Positions 1 to 8,231 of a stretch of DNA of 27,508 nt are shown piece by piece. A program made the position numbers and the translations under genes. The notes under the pieces are model-generated. The model worked only from the letters and a program-made list of their open reading frames with translations. It searched no databases and was not told the DNA's origin. Positions within the stretch are counted from its first letter, which is position 1. Each line of letters opens with the position of its first letter. Origin of the DNA: a virus (taxonomy: Duplodnaviria > Caudoviricetes); IMG/VR virus record IMGVR_UViG_3300021408_000076, positions 1 to 27,508 of that record. One strand, given 5' to 3'.

Positions 1-1205
1 AGGTTTTTCAACTCTTGCGTGTATGAAGAAACGTCGGCCCTACCGGTGATTACGCTGGCGCTGATCCGTCCAATCTCCGATTGTAAACCACCCAAATCGC
101 CTACGCCAACGCCAGCCCCTGGACCACCCGCCAGCGCCGTGCGGACCTGGGCCGCCAGGGTAGTAGCGGGCAGGGCCACGGGCTGGCCTAGCGCCCCTGC
201 CCCAGCCGCCGCAGAGGCCCTTGCAGCCTGGGCCTGTGCCACAACTCTTTCGACGGCCTGGCCAAAGGCCGCGAACTGCGCCCGGACCTTCTCCGCCGCC
301 GCGTCTTCCTCCGCCCACACGGAAGTAACCGCCGCCGCCAGTCGCGCTTGTTGCGCCTGGAAGCGAGCCGCGTCCGTCTCGCGTTGCGCCGCCAGTCTCT
401 GTTCAGCTTCCTGGGCGCGGAACGTCTCCTCGATATCGAAGCGCCGGATGTTGCGCGAGGATTGCGCGTCTACCGCCTCTTGCGATGCGCGACCCTTGGC
501 GCGGATTGCTTCGGCCGCGTCGAGGGTAGCCTGCCGCTCCCGTTCCTGATCCGCGATGAAACGCGCCGTGTCGCGTTCGCGCTGCGCCGCTACCTGCTTT
601 GAGACGTTGGCCAGTTTCAGGGTCGCGACAAGCGTATCGTCCACGGCGTGACCCGCCGCCAGAGCCTGGGTAGCCTGTAGGACGGAATCCGATATGGTCG
701 CGTTGGCCTGATCGAGTCGGAGCCGTTGCTGGTTCGCGGCCAGTGCTTCCGTGAGAACACCAAGCCGTTGCAACTGGTCCGTCGCGCGTTGGTACGCAAT
801 CGTTACCGTCTCCAGGCGGGTCTGCGAGGAAGCAAGCGCCTTATCGAGCCGGGCAAGCGCGGCGATCTCCGTGTTCGTCGGCGTGTCCGACAAAGACGCC
901 GCGAGAGTGTCGCGGCGTTGTTGCCGCTCGGCAACGATACCAGACTGCGTATCGACGCGCTGACCGCGTGTTGCAAAATTCTCCAGTGCTGCACGTTGCT
1001 TCAAAAGATCGCCGGAGGCCCTCTCCACATCGCGTAACGACTTGGCGTATTCACCCAGTGTCGTGTCGCCCGTCTTGACCGCCGCGCGCTGTTGATCAAG
1101 AACCGTTATGAAGTCTTTCAACCGCTGCGTTACCTGAGACAGCGGCTGTAAAGCCTGATCAACTTGTGCCCGAAGAATAAGGTCAGTTTGCCGTTCGTTA
1201 GCCAT
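1..1205 (-). CDS. Tape measure protein, N-terminal part (runs off the left edge of the window)
   Basis: Not in the ORF track because no stop lies in the window. ATG at 1205 overlaps the chaperone stop. Reads MANERQTDLILRAQVDQALQPLSQVTQRLKDF..., an Ala/Gln/Arg-rich coiled-coil-like sequence. It sits directly downstream of the tail chaperone pair. Confidence 0.85.
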   Translation of the reverse strand, partial: MANERQTDLILRAQVDQALQPLSQVTQRLKDFITVLDQQRAAVKTGDTTLGEYAKSLRDVERASGDLLKQRAALENFATRGQRVDTQSGIVAERQQRRDTLAASLSDTPTNTEIAALARLDKALASSQTRLETVTIAYQRATDQLQRLGVLTEALAANQQRLRLDQANATISDSVLQATQALAAGHAVDDTLVATLKLANVSKQVAAQRERDTARFIADQERERQATLDAAEAIRAKGRASQEAVDAQSSRNIRRFDIEETFRAQEAEQRLAAQRETDAARFQAQQARLAAAVTSVWAEEDAAAEKVRAQFAAFGQAVERVVAQAQAARASAAAGAGALGQPVALPATTLAAQVRTALAGGPGAGVGVGDLGGLQSEIGRISASVITGRADVSSYTQELKN

Positions 1206-1865
1206 CTAACTTCTCCAGTACGTTCTTCAGGTGCGGCCCGCCAACCCAGACTTGTGTCACGACCGCGTGCATGATGGCCGCTTCAGTTCGAAGCATGTTG
1301 CCGATCCGGTTCTGCGTGAACCGGGTTTCGTTGAACAAGTACGCCAGCGGGTACATCCTGGCGCTGGTGTGCCCTTGCGACATGAGCAAACCGGCGCAGT
1401 CTCGTGCGTCGCGATAGAAATCGACTATTGGATCGTTCGGCTGTTGGAAGTCAACGCCGCCAACTGACTGAGGAACGTCTGGCGCAACATCGCGCCGAAC
1501 TCTAAAGGGCCGCCGGTATCCTCAAATGTGAGTTTGACGATCTCAATCAGTATCTGAAGTTGCAACGGCGCGGGCAGACGTTTGGCCTGTTCGGTGTTCT
1601 CCGGCTCATCCGAGGCCAGCGCGATCATCTTCGCGGCGGTTTCCGGCGCGTACGTGATCAAACTGAACAACAAACCGTCGATATCCACTTCACTCGGAAG
1701 TAACTTCCCTGACGGATCGAACATGCGGTACAGCGTCCGCAAATCGTCGATATGGCGACGCATCAAGACGCCGACATCGCCGAGGTGCAGACCTCGCACG
1801 GTTACAAGAGTCTTCCCCCGGTAGACAACGTCTTTGGTGTCGGGGACGAAATCGGAAAGCGGCAT
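1198..1865 (-). CDS. Tail assembly chaperone, -1 frameshifted long form (gpGT-like, about 222 aa)
   Basis: C CCT TTA heptamer (plus 1503-1509) is in the correct X XXY YYZ phase. The -1 frame is open from 1509 through the 1198..1389 ORF (..DFYRDARDCAGLLMSQGHTSARMYPLAYL..). Confidence 0.75.
1425..1865 (-). CDS. Tail assembly chaperone (gpG-like, short form)
   Basis: 146 aa ORF between the major tail protein and tape measure genes. AGGAGA RBS upstream. Slippery site near the 3' end. Confidence 0.8.
   Translation of the reverse strand: MPLSDFVPDTKDVVYRGKTLVTVRGLHLGDVGVLMRRHIDDLRTLYRMFDPSGKLLPSEVDIDGLLFSLITYAPETAAKMIALASDEPENTEQAKRLPAPLQLQILIEIVKLTFEDTGGPLEFGAMLRQTFLSQLAALTSNSRTIQ
1503..1509 (-). 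other. Programmed -1 ribosomal frameshift slippery site CCCTTTA
   Basis: In-frame codons GGC CCT TTA. The -1 frame has no stop until 1198. This is the canonical location between the major tail and tape measure genes. Confidence 0.75.
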
Positions 1866-1889
1866 GGTATTCTCCTGTGTCCGATAGCT

Positions 1890-1916
1890 GAAAGGCGGAA
1901 CCTCGCGGTTCCGCCT
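1890..1916 (-). terminator. Stem-loop / probable intrinsic terminator after the major tail gene
   Basis: AGGCGGAACC-GCGA-GGTTCCGCCT (10-bp stem, GNRA loop) followed by only a short U run, consistent with a leaky terminator. Confidence 0.6.
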
Positions 1917-1945
1917 CCCGGTAGTCGAGGCGACAGCGTCGAATG

Positions 1946-2833
1946 TCAGGTGACGACGACGGTAGAAGAGGTTCCGATCGCGGTCCCCGTGCCGAGCGTG
2001 TTGTCGAACGCTTTGATCGTGATGGTCCCGGCCCCCGGCACGGCCATCTGCACGGTACCTGTCGATCCCGCTACTTCAGTAAGTGTCGACGTAACCACGG
2101 TGCCGCTGTTGACGAACAGGTACGCCAGCAAATCTTCGCCGCCCGTTCCGGCATTCAAGGTGAATACCACATCAAACGGAACCTCATGAACCTGAGGAGT
2201 GGACGCCGTGATCGTCGCGGTCGTGGCGAAAACATCGCCTGATGCGCTGGCCGTCTCCACCGTGAACTGCGGTGTCGTATCGCCCGGTGCCAAGCTGGCA
2301 CCGTCCGCTGTCGTGTAGGTGTAGACCCGTTCCGTGGTCCCGTCTCGCTTCAACGCCTCCGCCGTGAAGGACATCTGTTGCCATGTGTCACCCTTCAGCG
2401 CGAGATTGCCGTTCGGGCGGAGGTTCACATACGGCCACCAGTAGTTGACGTTGGTACCAACCGGATTGTCACTCTCGAAGAACAAGGCGCCGTAAACGGT
2501 GTTCGCCGCGCCGATGACCGCGATGTCGCCAAGATCGCCGGGCGCATCGCTCGGCAAATCGTCGTTGTTGTTGCCGCCGAACCAAAGCGCCAGATTGCCC
2601 AGGTTCATGTTGTCACAATCGAAGGTGACCGTCATGTCAGTTTGCAGGACGATCGATTTGTCCTTCACCTTCAACCCTCCCTCGCTCGAATAGTGATCGA
2701 GGTTCGTGCCGGTCTGCGCGAGGGTCAACTGCGGCGTGTTGCCGAAGTAGCCTCGGATACCGCCAGTCGTGGCGTTCTTCGGATATGGCGCGAAGAACAA
2801 CTTGCCCCGCCCCAGTACGAGATTGTCAGCCAT
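1946..2833 (-). CDS. Major tail (tube) protein with C-terminal beta-rich, Ig-like extension
   Basis: 295 aa. N-terminus MADNLVLGRGKLFF..GYFGNTPQLTL..LDHYSSEGG is typical of chi/lambda-like tube proteins. Thr/Val/Gly-rich C-terminal ~100 aa. AAGGA RBS. Confidence 0.85.
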   Translation of the reverse strand: MADNLVLGRGKLFFAPYPKNATTGGIRGYFGNTPQLTLAQTGTNLDHYSSEGGLKVKDKSIVLQTDMTVTFDCDNMNLGNLALWFGGNNNDDLPSDAPGDLGDIAVIGAANTVYGALFFESDNPVGTNVNYWWPYVNLRPNGNLALKGDTWQQMSFTAEALKRDGTTERVYTYTTADGASLAPGDTTPQFTVETASASGDVFATTATITASTPQVHEVPFDVVFTLNAGTGGEDLLAYLFVNSGTVVTSTLTEVAGSTGTVQMAVPGAGTITIKAFDNTLGTGTAIGTSSTVVVT

Positions 2834-2856
2834 GGTTTACTTTCCTTTGTTAAAGT

Positions 2857-3396
2857 TTAACTCAGAGCCCAGGGGTCCGAGACATCCGCCTTATAGCAAA
2901 TAGTCACCGGCAAGTATAGTGCCGCCACGCCGCCGGTCTGTGGTGTCGCCGCCCGCACCACGCCGGGGCCTATCCGCGCGCCGGTTATCAAACCGCCTCG
3001 CGAACCGGTGCCGTCTCGACCAAGCCGGTAATCATCCAGAAAGGCCGGGCTTCCGTTTACCAGGGCGATCATCCGGGAAAGCCGGTGTTCGATCGCGCCT
3101 TTCAGATTGTACAAATCATCGGTCGGCAGCGCCTGAGTGGTCCTGGCCCAGCCCTGGATCAACAAGTCCCACTGTTCCTCACGGACCAGCTTCTCGTCGC
3201 CCGCCTCCAACGGGTTAGGATCAGGCCGTAGAGATTCCAGGATCGAGACAAACGGAACCGGCTCGCTGTCACCGAACACCGTCTTGCCGCGAAACACGCG
3301 GCCGACAAGATCATAGTCGTATCCGTTGTCTGTCGTGATCCCCTCGATCAGCGTGGTAAGTCGTTTCAGGATCACAAGTTGTTTCGTGTCGGTCAT
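2857..3396 (-). CDS. Tail terminator / tail completion protein
   Basis: 179 aa directly upstream of the major tail gene. The ..ITTDNGY..VFRG..P.VSILE pattern is typical of tail terminators. Confidence 0.7.
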   Translation of the reverse strand: MTDTKQLVILKRLTTLIEGITTDNGYDYDLVGRVFRGKTVFGDSEPVPFVSILESLRPDPNPLEAGDEKLVREEQWDLLIQGWARTTQALPTDDLYNLKGAIEHRLSRMIALVNGSPAFLDDYRLGRDGTGSRGGLITGARIGPGVVRAATPQTGGVAALYLPVTICYKADVSDPWALS

Positions 3397-4013
3397 CTGT
3401 CCGCCCCGCTGAGACGCGCAAACTGCCGCAAGAACTCAGTCTCCAATTCGGAAGTAACTTCCGGAGCGATTGCGTCGGCAACGCTCTCGAAAACCTGATT
3501 GACGCTAGGCCCGTACAACAGAAACACATCCTTGAAAATTTCGATCGGCTGGAACGAGTGGACATTCCGAACCGTTTGACCAGGGCCTAGCCGAATGGCG
3601 AAACCGATATTGCCGTTCCTGAGCCCGATCAGAAACCCGCTCGCGAAGTGTCGCGTTTGGCCCGGTTTGACCTGAACCGATGTTCCCCCGTGCGGTGGAT
3701 TTCGCCCTTTCTTGGCGACCGGCGTTCCGAACGGAACAAACCGGGCCAGTGAGGTCGGACGATCGCGCGCCGTTATCCGCGCCTCCAGACGGGTCGGCGT
3801 GGCGAACTGCGTCACCGAAAGCCGGTCGGGTCGTTCCAGATACCCATCTGGAAAATTCACTTCCGCCGTGATGTCGCGGCGCGCCGCTCTGAGGCCGACA
3901 GTCCGGGCAGTATCGTTGATAGCGATACTCATCGCTTCGGCGGCGATGCGCGGGAACCGTTCGAAATACAGTTCGAGGTCCTTAACCCCGGAAGCGTCGA
4001 TTGAAACCGTCAT
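3393..4013 (-). CDS. Neck / tail completion protein (lambda gpZ-like)
   Basis: Start taken at the ATGA overlap at 4013 (MTVSID..). Basic protein with ..AINDTAR.. and a C-terminal LYGPSVNQVF motif. Confidence 0.7.
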   Translation of the reverse strand: MTVSIDASGVKDLELYFERFPRIAAEAMSIAINDTARTVGLRAARRDITAEVNFPDGYLERPDRLSVTQFATPTRLEARITARDRPTSLARFVPFGTPVAKKGRNPPHGGTSVQVKPGQTRHFASGFLIGLRNGNIGFAIRLGPGQTVRNVHSFQPIEIFKDVFLLYGPSVNQVFESVADAIAPEVTSELETEFLRQFARLSGADR

Positions 4014-4387
4014 GCTGGCCCCACTGACCATTTTTCATCGATCGGCCCGTCGTGCGGATCACGCGCGTCCAACACCACGACGAGGTCCTGGTTCGGCCCC
4101 ATGTAGTTGGGGAAAGTGACAACGTCGCCACGTGACAGCGTAAGCTGTCCGCCATTAACCGCCGTGACGAATTCCTCGCGGTTGAAAATGACGCGCTGAA
4201 TGCCTTCGATGATGTTGGCATATCCCTCAGACAGGATATCGCCGCCGAGAGCCATCTTGTTGTGGAAACGGGCGGTCAGGGGGACATCCCCCGAGCCGCC
4301 GCGCGACCCGGTAGCGACCGTACACGGAACCGCAAAACGCGAATGCACGTCACGGCGCGTTCGGGTTTTGAGGTCCAGGAAACTCAC
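4010..4387 (-). CDS. Head-tail joining / head closure protein
   Basis: 125 aa beta-rich ORF between the capsid and neck genes, with overlapping stop/start codons on both sides. Confidence 0.6.
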   Translation of the reverse strand: MSFLDLKTRTRRDVHSRFAVPCTVATGSRGGSGDVPLTARFHNKMALGGDILSEGYANIIEGIQRVIFNREEFVTAVNGGQLTLSRGDVVTFPNYMGPNQDLVVVLDARDPHDGPIDEKWSVGPA

Positions 4388-4719
4388 AGTTCGTCTTCGT
4401 CCGTGGCGTCGGCCGGACGCTTGGGGGGAGCCTTACGTTTCGCCGCTGCCGCGCGCCGTGTGACAGGCGGCGTCGTGTCGTCGCCGTCATCGTCGATCAT
4501 CTCGTCAGGATCGCCGTCAACTTCATCCTCGACGACCTTGGAAGTAACTTCCATCGCCGTCGGCCGTTCAACGACGGCGCGGCGCAGCGCGCGAGGATGC
4601 ATCGCGGTTATCTCCGCGACCTCCTCACTGGTGAACAAGAACGGCTCGCCGGTCTTGAGCCGGATGTTCTTTCCGTTCCGGTGAACGACAACCTGAAAGT
4701 GGGGAACGCGTACTGGCAT
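4384..4719 (-). CDS. Hypothetical protein downstream of major capsid (acidic, low-complexity C-terminus)
   Basis: 111 aa with GAGG RBS. Occupies the position after the MCP gene. Confidence 0.65.
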   Translation of the reverse strand: MPVRVPHFQVVVHRNGKNIRLKTGEPFLFTSEEVAEITAMHPRALRRAVVERPTAMEVTSKVVEDEVDGDPDEMIDDDGDDTTPPVTRRAAAAKRKAPPKRPADATDEDEL

Positions 4720-4738
4720 GTTGACCTCTTTGTGAATT

Positions 4739-4761
4739 GAGTGTCGGAGCCTCCGACACTC
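4739..4761. terminator. Perfect inverted repeat / RNA hairpin after the major capsid gene
   Basis: GAGTGTCGGA-GCC-TCCGACACTC. There is no clear U-tract, so it may be an mRNA-stabilising hairpin rather than a terminator. Confidence 0.45.
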
Positions 4762-4778
4762 TTCGTTGTGATGAACGA

Positions 4779-5891
4779 TCAGGCGGCGACTTTGATTGAG
4801 AACGTGTTGTTGACACGAACCGGAACCATGAGCGGCGCGGACTGCGTCATGGTGTATGTCACGCTCGGATCATCGTCATCCCACATCTTCGGAAACATGG
4901 ACAACGGTTGGAGCCGGGCGCCACGATCCATGATCGCACCGAAACACTGCGCGCCCATCACCGCATTGCCGATGCCGACGACAGTGCCAGGATCGAAATA
5001 CGGAACGCCGACGCCGTCATCACCCTCGTAGAAGTTCGAATACGTGAACATCCTGATACGGCCGATACCGCCTGTTCCCACCATGTCTCCTTGATAGTTG
5101 AACGGCGAACCGTCGTTCATGTTGGAGGCGTTGAACAGCGATTCATTACCGCGGATCAACACGTTCAACAGGTTCTGTACGTCGGCATGCGACTTGTCGA
5201 TGAACGCCGCCCAGGCATCCAGGCCGAAGACGAGCGTATTTACCGGAGCACGCGACAGTTGAAAAGCGCGAGTCCTAGAAGCCTGAATGTCGGCGATCGG
5301 TGTCGCGGTGCTCGCCGTCCAGAGCGTGGCGCCGGAGAGAACCGTTGTCAGATCGACATGTCGTCCAAAATCGACGGTAACGGACGGATAATCGTCACCC
5401 TCGACCACAACCTCGCCGGTGACAAGTGCCTGACAGCCCATCCAGTCCCACCGATTTTCAATCATCTGCCGTTCGCGACGCATGTTGTCAGCGATGATCG
5501 CGTCGTAACGTTCTTGCAGGGACAGGCTGCCAAGGAACGCCTCACCGGCACGACGCGGAATGGACCGCGACGGGTCGACGATGTGTTTCGGCTTGACATA
5601 GGCGGGCCGGAACGAACGGGTGCTAAAACCCTTGGAGCGCATCGGACGGCCCTGCACGTTCGGCGCGACGAACGGAGCAAGCCGGTATTCGTTCTCGTCG
5701 ATGTCGTCGAAATAGATTTTCTCCGTGGTCGAGTTGATCTGGCGCGGGAACCATTGCAACCAGAAACCATCGAGACCCGGTTGGTTTTGCGGAGCGTAAA
5801 CAACCTCCAACAAAGTGGCCGTGTCGTAGATGCCGAAATCGCCCGCCGCGATGCGAGGTACGAAGGCGGGAGGCATTATCAACTTATTCAT
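4779..5891 (-). CDS. Major capsid protein (lambda gpE family)
   Basis: 370 aa with ..LAPFVAPNVQG..F.PAYVKPK.., VDFGR and C-terminal TQSAPLMVP motifs characteristic of gpE-type capsids. Confidence 0.92.
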   Translation of the reverse strand: MNKLIMPPAFVPRIAAGDFGIYDTATLLEVVYAPQNQPGLDGFWLQWFPRQINSTTEKIYFDDIDENEYRLAPFVAPNVQGRPMRSKGFSTRSFRPAYVKPKHIVDPSRSIPRRAGEAFLGSLSLQERYDAIIADNMRRERQMIENRWDWMGCQALVTGEVVVEGDDYPSVTVDFGRHVDLTTVLSGATLWTASTATPIADIQASRTRAFQLSRAPVNTLVFGLDAWAAFIDKSHADVQNLLNVLIRGNESLFNASNMNDGSPFNYQGDMVGTGGIGRIRMFTYSNFYEGDDGVGVPYFDPGTVVGIGNAVMGAQCFGAIMDRGARLQPLSMFPKMWDDDDPSVTYTMTQSAPLMVPVRVNNTFSIKVAA

Positions 5892-5970
5892 TTTACAGTG
5901 TCCCTTTTCTTAGGCTGCCATTCGCCTTTCGAGCGAGCGGGGCTCGGTGGAAGTAACTTCCGAAACAGCG

Positions 5971-6708
5971 TTACGTCGGAATGGTCATGTAGGTCGATAC
6001 GCCCTTCGGAACGGCGATGCCGATCGGCGTGCGGTCAAACACGGCCTGACGCTGCGCCAGTGTGGTGAGTTCGGCCGGCCACACGATCAGGTTAGCGTTG
6101 AACACGCCGCTGCTGAAGTATGGAACACCCTCGCCGACTGTCGCCGCTTGTGCCGCGATGCCGATAGCCTTTGCCTCCGTTTCGTCCGCGCCGCCACTGA
6201 GTGCTGTCGCGCCGCCAGCCCACGTGAAATCACCGGCCGTTGTAAACGCCTTGGCGATGGCGATACTGTTGCCGCCCGCGCCGGGTTGCAACGCATAGAC
6301 GGTCACGACCGCACCGGCGCGCACGGCCCGAACATTGAATGTGTCCGGGTACTGGTTGATCTTCGCGGCCAGCGCCGTTGCTGTCAGTGTGGCGGTTCCG
6401 CCGATCGTGATGTCGTACTGCGCGGACGCCGCCGGTTTCAGCGTGATCGCCTGTCCGTTAATCGTGACCGTATCAGTATCCACGCCAGTCGACGTGAACG
6501 TTCCTGCTTTTGAAGCAGTGCCGGTCAGTTCGTTGTACGGGACGATCAGCCCGTCTTCACTACGGGCTACCACCTGAAGCTGCGTGATCGACGAAGCGCC
6601 GCAGACGCCGTTCGTCGTGACGATTTTACCCTCACCGGCAAACAACTCCGCCGGATCGAACGTGCCCTCGGCGGTCATGCCGGAGGCCAAGAGGTCTGGA
6701 TAGGCCAT
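5971..6708 (-). CDS. Head decoration protein (gpD-like) with an internal inserted domain
   Basis: Lies between the protease and MCP genes. N-terminal ELFAGE and C-terminal AIGIA..YFSSGVFN..L.WP segments flank about 115 extra Ala/Thr/Gly-rich residues. Confidence 0.75.
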   Translation of the reverse strand: MAYPDLLASGMTAEGTFDPAELFAGEGKIVTTNGVCGASSITQLQVVARSEDGLIVPYNELTGTASKAGTFTSTGVDTDTVTINGQAITLKPAASAQYDITIGGTATLTATALAAKINQYPDTFNVRAVRAGAVVTVYALQPGAGGNSIAIAKAFTTAGDFTWAGGATALSGGADETEAKAIGIAAQAATVGEGVPYFSSGVFNANLIVWPAELTTLAQRQAVFDRTPIGIAVPKGVSTYMTIPT

Positions 6709-6747
6709 GGAAAGTCCTTCCGTTGAGTTAGGAAAACGAGAGTATAG

Positions 6748-6771
6748 TGTTGGCGGGTCTCCCCGTCAACA
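6748..6771. other. Intergenic hairpin between protease and decoration genes
   Basis: Minus strand TGTTGACGGG-GAGA-CCCGCCAACA (GNRA loop, one mismatch). Confidence 0.4.
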
Positions 6772-6773
6772 GG

Positions 6774-7250
6774 TCAGTGCGTGGTGACGCTTTCGATCTT
6801 CCTGGACGGACCGGATGCGCGGCTCTGCGCGGCTAAAATGCGCTTGGCCGGTGTCAGGCTTCCGTCCGCCTCATTTTCGCCGCCGCCAGCACTGGCACCC
6901 ACGTTCGGTTGCGCGCCGTTGTTCATGGCGTTGGCGAAGTGGTTTTCCTCGGTTCCCGTTGTCGTCGCGGCCGTGGTCGCGCCTTCTTTCGGTGACTTCG
7001 CCAGAATCCCGGTCGCCGTCGCCACGTCGAGATCGGTGTCAAGTGCAAGATGCGCCGCGAGCGCGGTGCGTCCGACAGCTTCGGCATGCGTGGTAATCGC
7101 GCTGATGCGGGTGCGCTCGGCGACACGGGCCTCCGCGGAAATCGCCGTGGTGTCAACTGTGGAAGTTACTTCCACGGTTGGGGTTTGGGTTTGATCGCCG
7201 GTGGCGGTTACCCCCGGCTTCGCGTTCGTTACAGTCGGCTTGACGGCCAT
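6774..7250 (-). CDS. Nested in-frame scaffolding protein (Nu3-like), 158 aa
   Basis: Internal GAGGAG RBS 6 nt before ATG at 7250 (MAVKPTVT..), directly after the acidic linker. Confidence 0.7.
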   Translation of the reverse strand: MAVKPTVTNAKPGVTATGDQTQTPTVEVTSTVDTTAISAEARVAERTRISAITTHAEAVGRTALAAHLALDTDLDVATATGILAKSPKEGATTAATTTGTEENHFANAMNNGAQPNVGASAGGGENEADGSLTPAKRILAAQSRASGPSRKIESVTTH

Positions 7251-8231
7251 GTTAGTCTCCTCTGTTTCTGGTGGATCGTCGTCAGGGTCATCGCCGGGCT
7301 CGGCGTCGTCGTCTCCCGCTTCGCATGCGGCAAAGTACGCTTCTACCGCATCTGAAGGGTTTTGGATAGCGTCCACCAGCCCGAGGGCCAAAGCGTCCAC
7401 CGCTCCATACATCCGCGCTTCCGTATCGCGAACGATCTGCTCGTCAATTCCGCGTCCGCGCGCAACCGACGCTACGAACACATCATACTCGGCGTCAATG
7501 TCAGCCTGGAACTCAGCGCGTACATCATCACTGAGCGGCTCGTACGGATTGCCGTCGACCTTATGCGCGCCTCCCGTGATGAAGGTTACCTTGACGCCGA
7601 CATCCTCCATCATCTTGGACACGTCGAAATGCATCATGAGCACACCGATGTTGGCGCAACCGCCCGACGGCGTAACCGCGATATGGTCGCACTGCGCCGC
7701 TAGGTAGTAGGCGGCGGAATAGCAGTTCGCGTCCACGACGGCGATCATTGGCTTACCGCCATTCGCGGCATTAGCCTCGAACATCAAATCGGCCGTTTCA
7801 CGACATCCGGCTACCGTGCCGCCGCAACTGTTAATATCGAACAGGATCGCTTTAACGTCGTCATCCAGGCTCGCGGCCGCGACCTGATTGCGAATGAAGT
7901 TGTATCCGGTGACGAACCCCCACGACCACGAAAACCGATTGATGAGCAAACCGTGGATCGGGATCAACGCGTAGCCATCCGCGAAAATGAACGGCTTGTC
8001 GTTGCTGGTAATGTCCATGCCAAATGTCGCCGCCAACAACGTGCACCGTTCCGCGTACGCCGCCGCCTCTTCAGCCGGGACCGCTTCCGCCAACGCGCGA
8101 ATGTCAGCGAGCATCGCACCGGAAGTTACTTCCGAATTTAGTCCAAGACCCTGTCCGGCGTAGACCGTTGAGACGAGCGCGGGTCTCCCGGTAAGCTGAT
8201 CGAGGGCCGCGCGGGCTTGAAACTTGCTCAT
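6774..8231 (-). CDS. Prohead protease (S49/SppA family) fused to scaffolding domain (lambda gpC-like)
   Basis: 485 aa with DINSCGG, CYSAAYYLA and HKVDGNPYEPL S49 motifs, then an acidic linker and an Ala/Thr-rich scaffold region. Confidence 0.9.
   Translation of the reverse strand: MSKFQARAALDQLTGRPALVSTVYAGQGLGLNSEVTSGAMLADIRALAEAVPAEEAAAYAERCTLLAATFGMDITSNDKPFIFADGYALIPIHGLLINRFSWSWGFVTGYNFIRNQVAAASLDDDVKAILFDINSCGGTVAGCRETADLMFEANAANGGKPMIAVVDANCYSAAYYLAAQCDHIAVTPSGGCANIGVLMMHFDVSKMMEDVGVKVTFITGGAHKVDGNPYEPLSDDVRAEFQADIDAEYDVFVASVARGRGIDEQIVRDTEARMYGAVDALALGLVDAIQNPSDAVEAYFAACEAGDDDAEPGDDPDDDPPETEETNMAVKPTVTNAKPGVTATGDQTQTPTVEVTSTVDTTAISAEARVAERTRISAITTHAEAVGRTALAAHLALDTDLDVATATGILAKSPKEGATTAATTTGTEENHFANAMNNGAQPNVGASAGGGENEADGSLTPAKRILAAQSRASGPSRKIESVTTH

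Noticed and set aside
321-333. GGAAGTAACCGCC as a full member of the repeat family
   Set aside because: Two mismatches break the core palindrome. It is recorded only as a possible degenerate site and is not counted among the 22.
4908-6068. 386-aa plus-strand ORF and other long antisense ORFs (19..549, 5947..6513, 24992..25708)
   Set aside because: These are shadow ORFs opposite well-supported genes in GC-rich DNA, with no recognisable motifs.
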